From the NCBI GenBank assembly GCA_025677605.1, contig GCA_025677605.1_4110.1: a stretch of 64,000 nucleotides of DNA; one strand, given 5' to 3'. Numbering within the stretch: the stretch's first letter is position 1; every line of letters starts with the position of its first letter. A program made the translations under genes and the position numbers. Below are positions 56,201 to 64,000 of the stretch, piece by piece. This DNA comes from a phage. The notes under the pieces were generated by a model. That model worked only from the letters and a program-made list of their open reading frames with translations, searched no databases and was not told the DNA's origin.

Positions 56201-58796
56201 AGGTGGCTTGACTGTTGCTTCTGGAAACTTGAAAGTTGCTGCTGCGGCAGTGGTTGATGGTTCAGTAAGTGCTGGTTCATACACAAGTGCTGGAGATAAA
56301 ATAACACTAGCTAAACCAACAGATGTTACTGGTGATTTGCACGTTGAAGGTGCTTTCACTGCAACTTCCGTTGATTTTAGTACAACTGATTTAACTGTTA
56401 AATCACTACAAGTTGATAATGACGTTACTATCGATGGTAACTTGACTATCACAAATGCTGATTTGGAAACTAACTCATTAGCAAGTACTACAAGTACTAC
56501 TGTTGGTACTGACCTAATTCTAACTACTGGTACAATTACTGGTGCTCCAACAATTTCTGGTGCAACTACACTAAGTTCAACCCTACATACTGTAGGTGCT
56601 GCAACTTTTGATGGTACTGTTGATGTTGGTGGTAAAATTACTTCTAAATCAATCCAAGTAAGTGCTACTGGTGTTGGTGTAGCTGTTGATAATGATGCAA
56701 CTGTTGGTGGTTATTTGACAATTGGTGAAACATTAGGTGTTACTGGACTAAGTACTCTGTCTGGTGGGGTTGATGCAGGTTCTGCATTAATCAAAACTAC
56801 TGGTGAAGTTCAATCAGCAACTCTACAAACTTCTGGTAAAGCAACACTAGCAAGTGTTGATGTTTCAGGTGATGCAGTTGTTACTGGTGACCTAACTGTT
56901 AAAGGTGCATTTACACCTGAAGGTAGCCTAAACTTAGGTTCTGCTGTTCTAAACGTTGAAGGTGTTGATGCAAGTGCTAACTTAACTGCACTCGGTTCTG
57001 TAACTGCTGGTACTACACTAACTGTTACTGGTGTTTCAACTCTAAATGGTGGTACTAACACTACTACTCTTTCAACAAGTGGTAAAGCTACATTAAGTAG
57101 TGCGGAAGTTACTGGTGCTCTAAGTGCTGGTGGTGCTTTGGCTGTTACTGGTACTACAAATCTAACTGGAAAACTAACCGCTGGTGAAGCTGCTCTCAGT
57201 TCACTAACAGTTTCTGGTGATGTTACCATTAATGGAACACTAAACCCTGGAACATTGGATCTATCTACTACTCCAGTTGATGCGAAAAGCTTGAAATCTA
57301 GAGAAACACTAGAAGTTACTGGTCTAAGCACTCTAACTGGTGGTTTGGCTGTTAGTGCAAATACCGCAATCACTGCTGCTGGTGACATTACTGGTACTAC
57401 AATTACCACAACTGGTAAAGGTACATTTGGTAGTGCAGCGGTAACTACTGGTTTGACTGTTGGTGGTGCTTTGGTTGTTAATGGTGCATCCGTGAACATC
57501 TCTGATGCTTCTACTGTGACTATGCCTAAAGCTGATATTTCTGCGAAAGGTATTATCATCGGTCCTAAAGTTAGTTCAAGACCGGAAACTATCCAATTTG
57601 TTGGTGATACTTATATTGGTAGTAACCTATTTGTTGCTGGTAATATTAACGGTTCAGTAGATTTGGCTGGTCAGGATATTTCCCTGAACTCATTAACTTC
57701 TAATACCACAATTCACGCAGTTGAGGATATTACTACTGATGAAGATATGCACGCACGTGCTGCAACATTCGGTGCACAAGGTTCAACAGCTAACAGCCTA
57801 ACTGTTAATGGTAACGCAGTAACTACTGGCGACTTTACTGTTAGTGGTAAGATTATTGGTACACTGGACCAATCTGCAAGTGCAGTCGAAGTTAAATCTC
57901 TAACTTCTACAACCTTTATCGCTGCTGGTACAACCCTAACAGTTGGTTCAACAATCACTGCTGAAGGTTTGAGTACTTTGAAAGGTGGTATTGCAACTAA
58001 TGGTGCTACAATCAACGCTGGTGATGGTGCAATCACTACAACTGGTGATGTGTCTGGTGCAAACGTTAGTGCGTCTGGTGCAGTAACTACTGCAACTATT
58101 ACAACTTCTGGCCTAGCAACTATGGCAAGTGCTAAGATTAACACTACTCTAGCAGTTACTGGTGCAACTACACTATCTGATGTTGTTACTATCGGTAAGA
58201 AACTAACTGTTAGTACTGGTGGTATCGAAATCACTGCGGGTGGCTTCAATGTAGTTGCGGGTGGTGCAGCAATTACTGGTGCTACTAACCTTAAAGGTGC
58301 TGTAACACTAGGTTCTGCGTCTGCTGATGCAATCACAGTTACTGGTACATCTTCATTTGCTGAAAATGCAACATTTGCTAAAGATGTGACTATTGAAGGC
58401 ACACTACATACAGATATTGCTGATTTAGTAACTGAAAGTGTAACTACTAAAAAGTATGCTGTTACACCTGCTGCTAAAGTACAGGCATCTGTTGCTGCTC
58501 CAAGTGAAGGAACATGGTCACCTGATGGTGAGTCTAATGTGTACTATATTACACTAGACCAAGCATCAACTACACTAGGTCCAATTAACGGATTGATTGG
58601 AAGTGGTAAGGCTGGTTCTTACTATATCTACGTACAACAAGATGCAACTGGTGGACGTGAACTTATCACTGATGGTACTTATGCAGTAGTAGGTGGTGAG
58701 ATTAACAAAACACAAAATACAGTTAGTATCATTCAGTTGATTTATGATGGATACAGCCCAGTAGTAGATATGTTTATTGCACAACGTACTGCTTAA
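53253..58796 (+). CDS. Giant repetitive fibre protein (1847 aa)
   Basis: Extreme Thr/Val/Gly/Ala/Asn composition with recurring units (..LTVDGT..LSAADV.VKSLT..); internal tandem duplications; GGAGGG RBS. Confidence 0.6.
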   Translation: MYSIKTDLAVTGNTNVGKELSVKGNAVFDKNVTIKGTVSFADATFTAITVDQATINTTLDVTGKASLKGGMDVLGNTVIGNTTAGSDTATINSNATFNGTSTFAKDITQTSGKAIFQDTTTSALEVNGTTTLNGNLTAAAATTASFDKLTANEATIATVSATDITATGATVENLTVTGKLDGDFTLGDVNTDNLVVEKLSTLKGAVTLESNIIGTNTVANLKAVSLGSNAADSTARLGFAYTAPGLRPTVILQNEVQSELMTPANLTVLKTATFGDVSAATNGITAKGLNLFDYLTLSGNSIQDPTTPILRVTKGKTQLTDLQVDGTTNITGKTTVGDLDITGTLSGNFVLSDITADNLVVEKLTTLKGALNLESNIVGSTANANLKSVTLGGNVADTNAKVNFTYTAPGLRPTVILQNEVQSELMTPANLTVLKTATFGDVSASTYGITAKGLNLFDYLKITGNAVQDPNTLTLDVDGKAQFKDVNFTGTVTGFVPDISGQDITPKDVTASGNISGVNLDASGTLTVDGDSVLKGTTITDLTVTGTTTGITLAGQDITPKDVTASGNVKGVDVTASGNLTVDGTTTLVGNTVVDGLFEVVGQTTTVKDLNVTGTLSGAAIKANVDGLDILPNSVTTTEEVAVGTNLSVGGNALFSGLKVEVTGKVTGVGSDALETGSIESDGTITAPNITATTKVTAASAQITGTGTGLSVDHNASVGGDLNVTGTLTAGVIDLSAADVTVKTLDVSESAHVGGNLTVDGTVDLSAADVSVKSLTSAGPVISNDATGTNILPKLQSTDITTTNSTTGTATVTTANISTLNVTGESTLAAVSAVSVTTPSIVNTDGINLENDTVAHGDLTVKGTFTPEGGLDLSPVDISSKSLTTTEGATIGGSLTVDGAINAAAADLTVKSLTSSGVITVTENTEPSILPKLTSTEATAGKLNVTGDATVGGKATVSGALEVTGASTFGNAVTVNVGGITAKGGLTVASGNLKVAAAAVVDGSVSAGSYTSAGDKITLAKPTDVTGDLHVEGAFTATSVDFSTTDLTVKSLQVDNDVTIDGNLTITNADLETNSLASTTSTTVGTDLILTTGTITGAPTISGATTLSSTLHTVGAATFDGTVDVGGKITSKSIQVSATGVGVAVDNDATVGGYLTIGETLGVTGLSTLSGGVDAGSALIKTTGEVQSATLQTSGKATLASVDVSGDAVVTGDLTVKGAFTPEGSLNLGSAVLNVEGVDASANLTALGSVTAGTTLTVTGVSTLNGGTNTTTLSTSGKATLSSAEVTGALSAGGALAVTGTTNLTGKLTAGEAALSSLTVSGDVTINGTLNPGTLDLSTTPVDAKSLKSRETLEVTGLSTLTGGLAVSANTAITAAGDITGTTITTTGKGTFGSAAVTTGLTVGGALVVNGASVNISDASTVTMPKADISAKGIIIGPKVSSRPETIQFVGDTYIGSNLFVAGNINGSVDLAGQDISLNSLTSNTTIHAVEDITTDEDMHARAATFGAQGSTANSLTVNGNAVTTGDFTVSGKIIGTLDQSASAVEVKSLTSTTFIAAGTTLTVGSTITAEGLSTLKGGIATNGATINAGDGAITTTGDVSGANVSASGAVTTATITTSGLATMASAKINTTLAVTGATTLSDVVTIGKKLTVSTGGIEITAGGFNVVAGGAAITGATNLKGAVTLGSASADAITVTGTSSFAENATFAKDVTIEGTLHTDIADLVTESVTTKKYAVTPAAKVQASVAAPSEGTWSPDGESNVYYITLDQASTTLGPINGLIGSGKAGSYYIYVQQDATGGRELITDGTYAVVGGEINKTQNTVSIIQLIYDGYSPVVDMFIAQRTA
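53790..54670 (+). repeat. Tandem ~390-bp duplication inside the fibre gene (units ~53790-54180 and ~54290-54670)
   Basis: ~90% nucleotide identity between e.g. 53983-54160 and 54473-54650 (TAPGLRPTVILQNEVQSELMTPANLTVLKTATFGDVSA in both). Confidence 0.7.
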
Positions 58797-58804
58797 TATA
58801 AATG

Positions 58805-58830
58805 GTGCGGGGTTTTCCCCGCACTGTATT
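58805..58830 (+). terminator. Hairpin after fibre gene
   Basis: GTGCGGGG-TTTT-CCCCGCAC perfect 8-bp stem; weak T-tract. Confidence 0.4.
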
Positions 58831-58862
58831 GTAAATAATTTAATTTTAAATGAGGAAATATT

Positions 58863-59651
58863 ATGGCTCAATTTACATATGTGAGTGGTAGTTCAGCGGC
58901 AGATTACAAACTAGGTAAAATAATTTCTAATCCTAGAGGTGTTAAAGGTCAATCACGTAGTCCACAACCACCCAATGATCCTAGTGGTGAGTATTTTTAT
59001 ACATACGACGATGTTCGTCCATTCTATGGTATTAAACTAAATCCAAATGCAGAAATACCAAAAGCTGCTGATGAAATTCGCAAGAGAGAAGGCTTCTGGT
59101 GGTTAGAATATGTATCTGTTGGCGATAGAAATTCAAAGGGTGAATACCTTGAATATCGCAAAATTGAAGGTGATGCAGTAGTTACATTTAACGAAACCGA
59201 AGTAGCACCATATGCAGCATTAACCGCAGTAAAAACACAAACCTACATTGATATGGATTTGGCTGATGTTAAAGCTGATTTGAAGCAAAGAACCGCATAT
59301 GAACGAGATAATTTAATTAATAGTGGTTATCATTATAAAAATGCTGACGGAACAGTTGATGTAACATTCCCTAGTGATGTTAATGGTCGTCAGATGTTAA
59401 ACAACTATTATACACAAGCGATTAATGGTTCCCAAACTATTAATATCTATCTAGATAGTGGTGAGATTGTAACAGTTGATGGTGATGAGATGGTTGAAAT
59501 TTTCAATGGTCTATTGGCACAAATCGACGGATACTTTAATGACGCAATTGCACAACAAACTGCAATTGATGCAGCAACTACCATTTTTGATGCACAAAAA
59601 GCAGCAACTTTTGTATATCCAGATCAATCTAAGATCCCAGTACGTAATTAA
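58863..59651 (+). CDS. Hypothetical protein (possible fibre accessory)
   Basis: 262-aa ORF with RBS (GAGGAAA); shares DPSGEYFYTYDD-type motif with the 43217 protein. Confidence 0.35.
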   Translation: MAQFTYVSGSSAADYKLGKIISNPRGVKGQSRSPQPPNDPSGEYFYTYDDVRPFYGIKLNPNAEIPKAADEIRKREGFWWLEYVSVGDRNSKGEYLEYRKIEGDAVVTFNETEVAPYAALTAVKTQTYIDMDLADVKADLKQRTAYERDNLINSGYHYKNADGTVDVTFPSDVNGRQMLNNYYTQAINGSQTINIYLDSGEIVTVDGDEMVEIFNGLLAQIDGYFNDAIAQQTAIDAATTIFDAQKAATFVYPDQSKIPVRN

Positions 59652-59660
59652 TAAACACTA

Positions 59661-59690
59661 AGGTCAACTATGGTTGGCCTTTTCTTTTTC
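59661..59690 (+). terminator. Rho-independent terminator
   Basis: AGGTCAAC-tatg-GTTGGCCT (one G-U pair) + TTTTCTTTTTCTT. Confidence 0.5.
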
Positions 59691-59694
59691 TTAA

Positions 59695-59702
59695 AATAAA
59701 TA
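59695..59702 (+). promoter_or_regulatory. Candidate late promoter (AATAAATA) for fibre gene 59733
   Basis: About 31 nt upstream of the start codon. Confidence 0.35.
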
Positions 59703-59732
59703 CTTGATATAATTGTATGAGGATAGTCAATA

Positions 59733-61706
59733 ATGTCAATTAATAGAATTCGTGGTGATGGTGGTGTTATCATAGATAGCAAAGCATTCCTTGAACTACC
59801 AAAAGCCCCAACGATAGTAACAGCAGACCAAATGCGTACAGGTATGATTCGATACAACACTGAATGGAAAGCATTCGAAGGTGTTCTTGAATTTGAAGAT
59901 GGTTCAGTTGCGTATAGACGTTTTGCGAACCTAGATGCAAATGGTAAACTATTGTCATCTCAATTACCAGATTCTGTAACAAGTGGATTGCAATTCCTTG
60001 GTACATATGATGCTATTGAAGATGATACTAACCCACCCGCATCCTATGCAGCATTACCTGCACCATCTGTTTCCTTAAATGGTGATTATTATGTAGTTCG
60101 TGGTATTATGGATGCCGCACAAGAGCACTATACACAAAATACCCCTACAACAAGTCCAGTTAAATTCACACCAGTGAACCCAACTGGTCAAGGTGATTGG
60201 ATTGAAATTCTATATTATATAGATCAAAACCCAATTGAACCAACTAAAAAATTGGTAAGTTATGCATTTGCTCGTATTGTAACAACTGCAATCCCAGCAA
60301 GTGGTCATGAAGGTCTTGTGGATTTGGCACAAGATGAATCGATCACTACACCGTTTGATACATCTTTAACACCACAAGGTCAGACTGCATTAGCTGACAG
60401 TGATTGGATTATAATCACAGAAACGAAAAACATTCGCCTACGTCAGTCAAGAGCTAGTATTTCAGCTTCTTCAGTACTGTATGATAACACTATCATGGTT
60501 GGTAGTCAACGTCAATTTAGTACCAACGCAGGTACAGTTCAAACTACCTTAGATAACCTCGTATTAGAGGGCTTACGCCGCACTGGTGACTCTATGGTTG
60601 ATGATGGACTGATAGGCAAAGGAAGACTAGGGGTAACTTATGGTAGTGCTACAGAGCCAGCTATAGGCTTTAATAACGCTCCATATGACCCAAATACTAA
60701 CCCAGGAAACGATCCAAGTAAATGGACTGACACAAAAACTGGTATTTTCCACCCAGCAGATGCCGCTATTGGTTTAACCACAGCAGGTGTTGAACGTGTG
60801 AGAGTAACAAATGGTTCTTTGAATTTATATCAAAGCACTACTACTCCCGCATCTGCACCAACATTACGTTTTGCTAATGCTTCCAACACAAACGTAGGCA
60901 TTAGTGGTGAAAATAATATTTTGTCATTTAGTTCTATGAACAAAGTACAAGTTGAAATACAAAATGGTGTAACCAAATTACATGGAAACTTAGAAGTTGA
61001 TGGTATTAGTACTTTAACGGGTGATGTTACGGCGGTTTCAAATGTTACAACTAATGGTAATTTGAACGTTAAAGGGAATACTATATTAGGAACTGGTATT
61101 TCAACTAATTTATTAACAGTTAACTCGGTGTCCACGTTTAATAAAGAAACTAATTTTAACAATGCTAATAATAATTTTAATGGAATCCTGCTAACCAGTG
61201 GTAATTCATTTAGATTTGCACACGTTACCAACGATATTAATATGAAACTACTAAACGGTGAATTGCGTATGGATGTTCGTGGTTATGCGGATTTATCTGT
61301 ATATGACAGTAATGTGTTGCGTACACGTATTAACCGTTATGGTATCCAATTACCAGTACTAACAACTGTTAATGACAGTGAAGGTGTTGATGGTATGATT
61401 GCGTACTCTGAACAGAATAGAACATCAATGCAGAAAGTTGATGGTAAATGGGTTCCGATTGGTTCTGGTACAGTAAGAACTACATTATTCACTGTTGATA
61501 ATTGGGTACTTGATGGTGCATATTACAGACTGACAGTTCCAGAAACTGATATAGTTAATGCTGAAATTCAAGAACAAGTAGCAACTGATGAATTTGTTAA
61601 AGTTGATGTTGATAGTGTTAAGTTTACATTAACTGGTGTAGTTTATAGTATTCCTTCTTCTCCTGATGTTCGTTTTGCAGGAAGAACATTAGTAACAGTG
61701 AAATAA
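59733..61706 (+). CDS. Tail fibre protein
   Basis: 657 aa, beta-rich Thr/Asn/Gly composition, fibre-like repeats (NLEVDGISTLTGDVTAVSNVTTNGNLNVKGNTILG). Confidence 0.5.
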   Translation: MSINRIRGDGGVIIDSKAFLELPKAPTIVTADQMRTGMIRYNTEWKAFEGVLEFEDGSVAYRRFANLDANGKLLSSQLPDSVTSGLQFLGTYDAIEDDTNPPASYAALPAPSVSLNGDYYVVRGIMDAAQEHYTQNTPTTSPVKFTPVNPTGQGDWIEILYYIDQNPIEPTKKLVSYAFARIVTTAIPASGHEGLVDLAQDESITTPFDTSLTPQGQTALADSDWIIITETKNIRLRQSRASISASSVLYDNTIMVGSQRQFSTNAGTVQTTLDNLVLEGLRRTGDSMVDDGLIGKGRLGVTYGSATEPAIGFNNAPYDPNTNPGNDPSKWTDTKTGIFHPADAAIGLTTAGVERVRVTNGSLNLYQSTTTPASAPTLRFANASNTNVGISGENNILSFSSMNKVQVEIQNGVTKLHGNLEVDGISTLTGDVTAVSNVTTNGNLNVKGNTILGTGISTNLLTVNSVSTFNKETNFNNANNNFNGILLTSGNSFRFAHVTNDINMKLLNGELRMDVRGYADLSVYDSNVLRTRINRYGIQLPVLTTVNDSEGVDGMIAYSEQNRTSMQKVDGKWVPIGSGTVRTTLFTVDNWVLDGAYYRLTVPETDIVNAEIQEQVATDEFVKVDVDSVKFTLTGVVYSIPSSPDVRFAGRTLVTVK

Positions 61707-61738
61707 AAAAAAAGGGAGACAAATGTCTCCCTTTTCTA
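61705..61738. terminator. Bidirectional terminator between fibre gene and thyA
   Basis: AAAAAAAAA-GGGAGACA-aa-TGTCTCCC-TTTTCT. Confidence 0.6.
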
Positions 61739-62668
61739 TTATACAGCCATTGGTGCTTTGATTGTTGGCATTGGATTGTAATTCAAAAGTTTGAAAGAAT
61801 CCATTGTAAAATCTTCAATATCGGTAATTGAAGGATCTAGCCATAATTCTGGTAAATCACGCGGTTCACGTTGAAGTTGTTCTTTAACTTGTTCTACGTG
61901 GTTTTTGTAAATGTGACAATCACCACCATTCCAAATAAACTCACCAACCTCAAGTCCAGTGATTTGTGCAATCATATGGGTTAGTAGTGAATAGCTACTA
62001 ATATTAAATGGTACTCCCAAAAATAGATCCGCACTGCGTTGATGTAGAATACAGCTTAGCTTACCCTGTACGACACAAAACTGTACGAAGCTATGGCAGG
62101 GTGGTAAAGTCATATCATCAAGCTCACCAACGTTCCAGGCACTTAGAATGTGACGACGACCGTATGGATCTGCTTTGATACCTTCAATGACTTGTTTTAG
62201 TTGGTCAGTAACACGACGCATAACAACACCATGTGAACCAGTATAATCAATTACTTTATAACCTTTATCTTTTAATTCTTGAATTTCTGCTGTACTGGCA
62301 CTGAATTTATAATCTTCCCATTCACGCCATTGCTTACCATAAACTGGTCCAAGCTCACCATTAGAATATCCAAGAGCTACACCTTGATTAAGGTAGTTGT
62401 CTGTCCAAATTGTTTTCTTTTCCCAATCACGAGTGCCGTGTAGAATTTCACACAAGCGACGCTCATCATGAGAACCTTCAATGAACCATAATAATTCTGA
62501 AGTCATTGCTTTCCAAGCTAAACGTTTGGTTGTCACTGCTGGAAAGCCTTGTTGAAGGTCAAAACGCATTTGTTGACCGATTAGTTTGATAGTACCTACA
62601 CCTGTACGATCAGTACTTTCTACGCCTTCATCCAGAATTTTTTGATATAGTTCTTGTAGTTGTTTCAT
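61739..62668 (-). CDS. thyA: Thymidylate synthase (ThyA/td family)
   Basis: DRTGVGT..FG.QMRFDL..GFP.VTTKR, LPPCHSF.QF.V..GKLSC.L.QRS.D.FLG.PFNI.SY..L.HM.AQ.....GEF.W.GGD.H.Y.NH matches ThyA active-site segments. Confidence 0.9.
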   Translation of the reverse strand: MKQLQELYQKILDEGVESTDRTGVGTIKLIGQQMRFDLQQGFPAVTTKRLAWKAMTSELLWFIEGSHDERRLCEILHGTRDWEKKTIWTDNYLNQGVALGYSNGELGPVYGKQWREWEDYKFSASTAEIQELKDKGYKVIDYTGSHGVVMRRVTDQLKQVIEGIKADPYGRRHILSAWNVGELDDMTLPPCHSFVQFCVVQGKLSCILHQRSADLFLGVPFNISSYSLLTHMIAQITGLEVGEFIWNGGDCHIYKNHVEQVKEQLQREPRDLPELWLDPSITDIEDFTMDSFKLLNYNPMPTIKAPMAV

Positions 62669-62671
62669 TGT

Positions 62672-63262
62672 TCATCCTTGAAAAAATGTTGTAAAGTGCA
62701 TCATATGCTTTTCTTGTGCATTTCTTGAGCCTATTCCCGTCCAATTTCCATGCGGCTTAGGTACTGATGCGGTTTCTTCGAATTCTTTTAGTACTGGATT
62801 ATATGAATATACTTTTCTGTCATTAATGTCATAGCAGTATATTTCAGGATTATCAGTACTGTCAATATACATTTGTACAGCCCATGCAGTACCACCACTA
62901 ACTTGAGTAGGTGAAACCAGTGATGCCATACAATAAACTCTCTCTGTGTTTAAAATTTGATATCTATTACGAGCTAATAGATTATAAACATACGAGCCAG
63001 GTTTAGGTACACGGCGTTGTAATGAATAACATGCCATGTTTAGTTGATGTAGAATAGAACTATCATTCAAAATATAAGATGGGATTTCTAATATAGTACT
63101 TTCATCAACACTATGATTATGATTTTTGAATGAAAAGTTAATTACATTAAAACCATTTTCCATAGCATATAAAGTGAAAAAGCGGTCTGCACCTTGTGCA
63201 CCACCGCTATAAAATGTATTAGTTAATCCCTTGATTGCTTCATCAAGTTCATTTATCGTCAT
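62672..63262 (-). CDS. Rossmann-like protein with SLOG-type glycine motif (DprA/LOG/deoxyribosyltransferase-like superfamily?)
   Basis: N-terminal FYSGGAQGADRFFTLYAMENG and later VSGGTAWAVQ resemble SLOG-superfamily motifs; weak. Confidence 0.3.
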   Translation of the reverse strand: MTINELDEAIKGLTNTFYSGGAQGADRFFTLYAMENGFNVINFSFKNHNHSVDESTILEIPSYILNDSSILHQLNMACYSLQRRVPKPGSYVYNLLARNRYQILNTERVYCMASLVSPTQVSGGTAWAVQMYIDSTDNPEIYCYDINDRKVYSYNPVLKEFEETASVPKPHGNWTGIGSRNAQEKHMMHFTTFFQG

Positions 63263-63575
63263 TCTTATGTTCCAAAGCAGACATTAATTCTTGTAATTTC
63301 TCATCCTCTAATGCGAAACTGGTTTCAAGGGCTGCCAAAATGACAGCACCAGCTTTGATTAAGGACTCTCTAAATTCATCGAATGATACATGCTTATCGG
63401 GGCGAGTTGCCCCTTCGAAGAGATAATAGGCACATAAGGAAGCCCAATCATTCTTTGTTTTAAGTGTATCAGATAATGTATTTGGATTATCTATTTGTTT
63501 CTGTCTTTCTTCAGTTATTTTGAGAATGATATCTTCTCTAGTAACTTTAGCCATTCTTACGCTCTGCAAAAACAA
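63249..63575 (-). CDS. Hypothetical small protein (probable start MAKVTR at ~63554)
   Basis: ~100-aa helical ORF; no motif. Confidence 0.35.
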   Translation of the reverse strand: MFLQSVRMAKVTREDIILKITEERQKQIDNPNTLSDTLKTKNDWASLCAYYLFEGATRPDKHVSFDEFRESLIKAGAVILAALETSFALEDEKLQELMSALEHKNDDK

Positions 63576-63978
63576 GTTTTAGTTTCTCAATTGCTTTGGT
63601 TTGAGAAATACCTTCTGGAAGTTCAATGTAAAAAACTTTCTTATCAGAATCAGTTTTCACATTCGTTTCGTTGGGACGAAGAGAAGGTTCTAGGTTATAA
63701 GCACGCTCATAATGCTCTTTAGCTAGTTGATCATATTTTGCAGCAGTTTTTAGTAGTTCATCAACAATAGTTTCATCTTCGACTTTTGTATCTTGAACTT
63801 GTGGATTGAATGGGTTGTAATCTTTTACTTTACCATCTTCATGTTTTTTACTTTCATTACCGTCGATTGCATCATTCAGTACATCAAGTGAAATCTTGTT
63901 GTTACCGCCAGTGTGCATGTCAATATCACAAGTACGGACTTTACGTAGATATTGTAGATTGTGAAGAACATCTAGCAT
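63547..63978 (-). CDS. Hypothetical protein (possibly truncated by window edge)
   Basis: 143-aa ORF, acidic; no motif. Confidence 0.35.
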   Translation of the reverse strand: MLDVLHNLQYLRKVRTCDIDMHTGGNNKISLDVLNDAIDGNESKKHEDGKVKDYNPFNPQVQDTKVEDETIVDELLKTAAKYDQLAKEHYERAYNLEPSLRPNETNVKTDSDKKVFYIELPEGISQTKAIEKLKLVFAERKNG

Positions 63979-64000
63979 TTTACGACCATCGAGATAACCT

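Noticed and set aside
53600-58402. Long antisense ORFs inside the 1847-aa fibre gene (e.g. 53600-54097, 55391-56452, 56810-57559, 57713-58402 on minus strand)
   Set aside because: They lie entirely within the repetitive sense ORF, have Thr/Val/Ala/Pro-rich low-complexity translations that mirror the sense repeats, and lack RBS or promoter context; these are compositional artefacts
61739-62668. Looked for a group I intron interrupting thymidylate synthase, as in T4 td
   Set aside because: The ThyA ORF is continuous from the N-terminal DRTGVGT motif through the C-terminus with no interruption or frame break
1-64000. Integrase, transposase, or attachment-site repeats indicating a mobile element or prophage boundary
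   Set aside because: No recombinase or transposase motifs and no flanking direct repeats seen; the window is internal to a lytic T4-like genome

Overview
This window reads as one contiguous piece of a large, AT-rich, T4-like myovirus genome (virion morphogenesis plus a few DNA-metabolism genes); I found no rRNA, tRNA, CRISPR array, integrase or transposase. All homology calls are from motif recognition by eye and memory of T4 and E. coli proteins, not from database searches. Layout: (1) minus-strand block 80-13756 with tail-fibre chaperones, a tail-collar fibre, two GIY-YIG/T5orf172-like genes, then major capsid (gp23-like), scaffold, prohead protease, prohead-core proteins, portal (gp20-like) and a Gly/Met-rich 723-aa protein; (2) a zinc-ribbon protein gene followed by an ~860-bp ORF-free region; (3) an endonuclease VII-like gene and the minus-strand operon gp55 (late sigma factor), gp47 (Mre11/SbcD-like), gp46 (Rad50/SbcC-like); (4) plus-strand baseplate block with a gp5-like hub carrying M23-like and lysozyme domains, a T4-lysozyme-like endolysin, gp25-like, gp6-like and a single 3335-aa ORF; (5) a full-length ClpA-like AAA+ unfoldase on the opposite strand with its own sigma70-like promoter; (6) further baseplate/fibre genes, a Nudix hydrolase, a collagen-like protein, two tailspikes sharing an N-terminal module, and an 1847-aa repetitive fibre; (7) thymidylate synthase and small early genes. 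Regulatory signals are consistent throughout: ATAAATA-type late promoters, sigma70-like promoters on the early genes, and hairpin terminators at most operon ends. Most worth a second look: the phage ClpA, the re-ordered hub protein, the 3335-aa ORF, an endonuclease VII homologue without its zinc cysteines, a candidate -1 frameshift site, and a strongly over-represented palindrome CAGTACTG.
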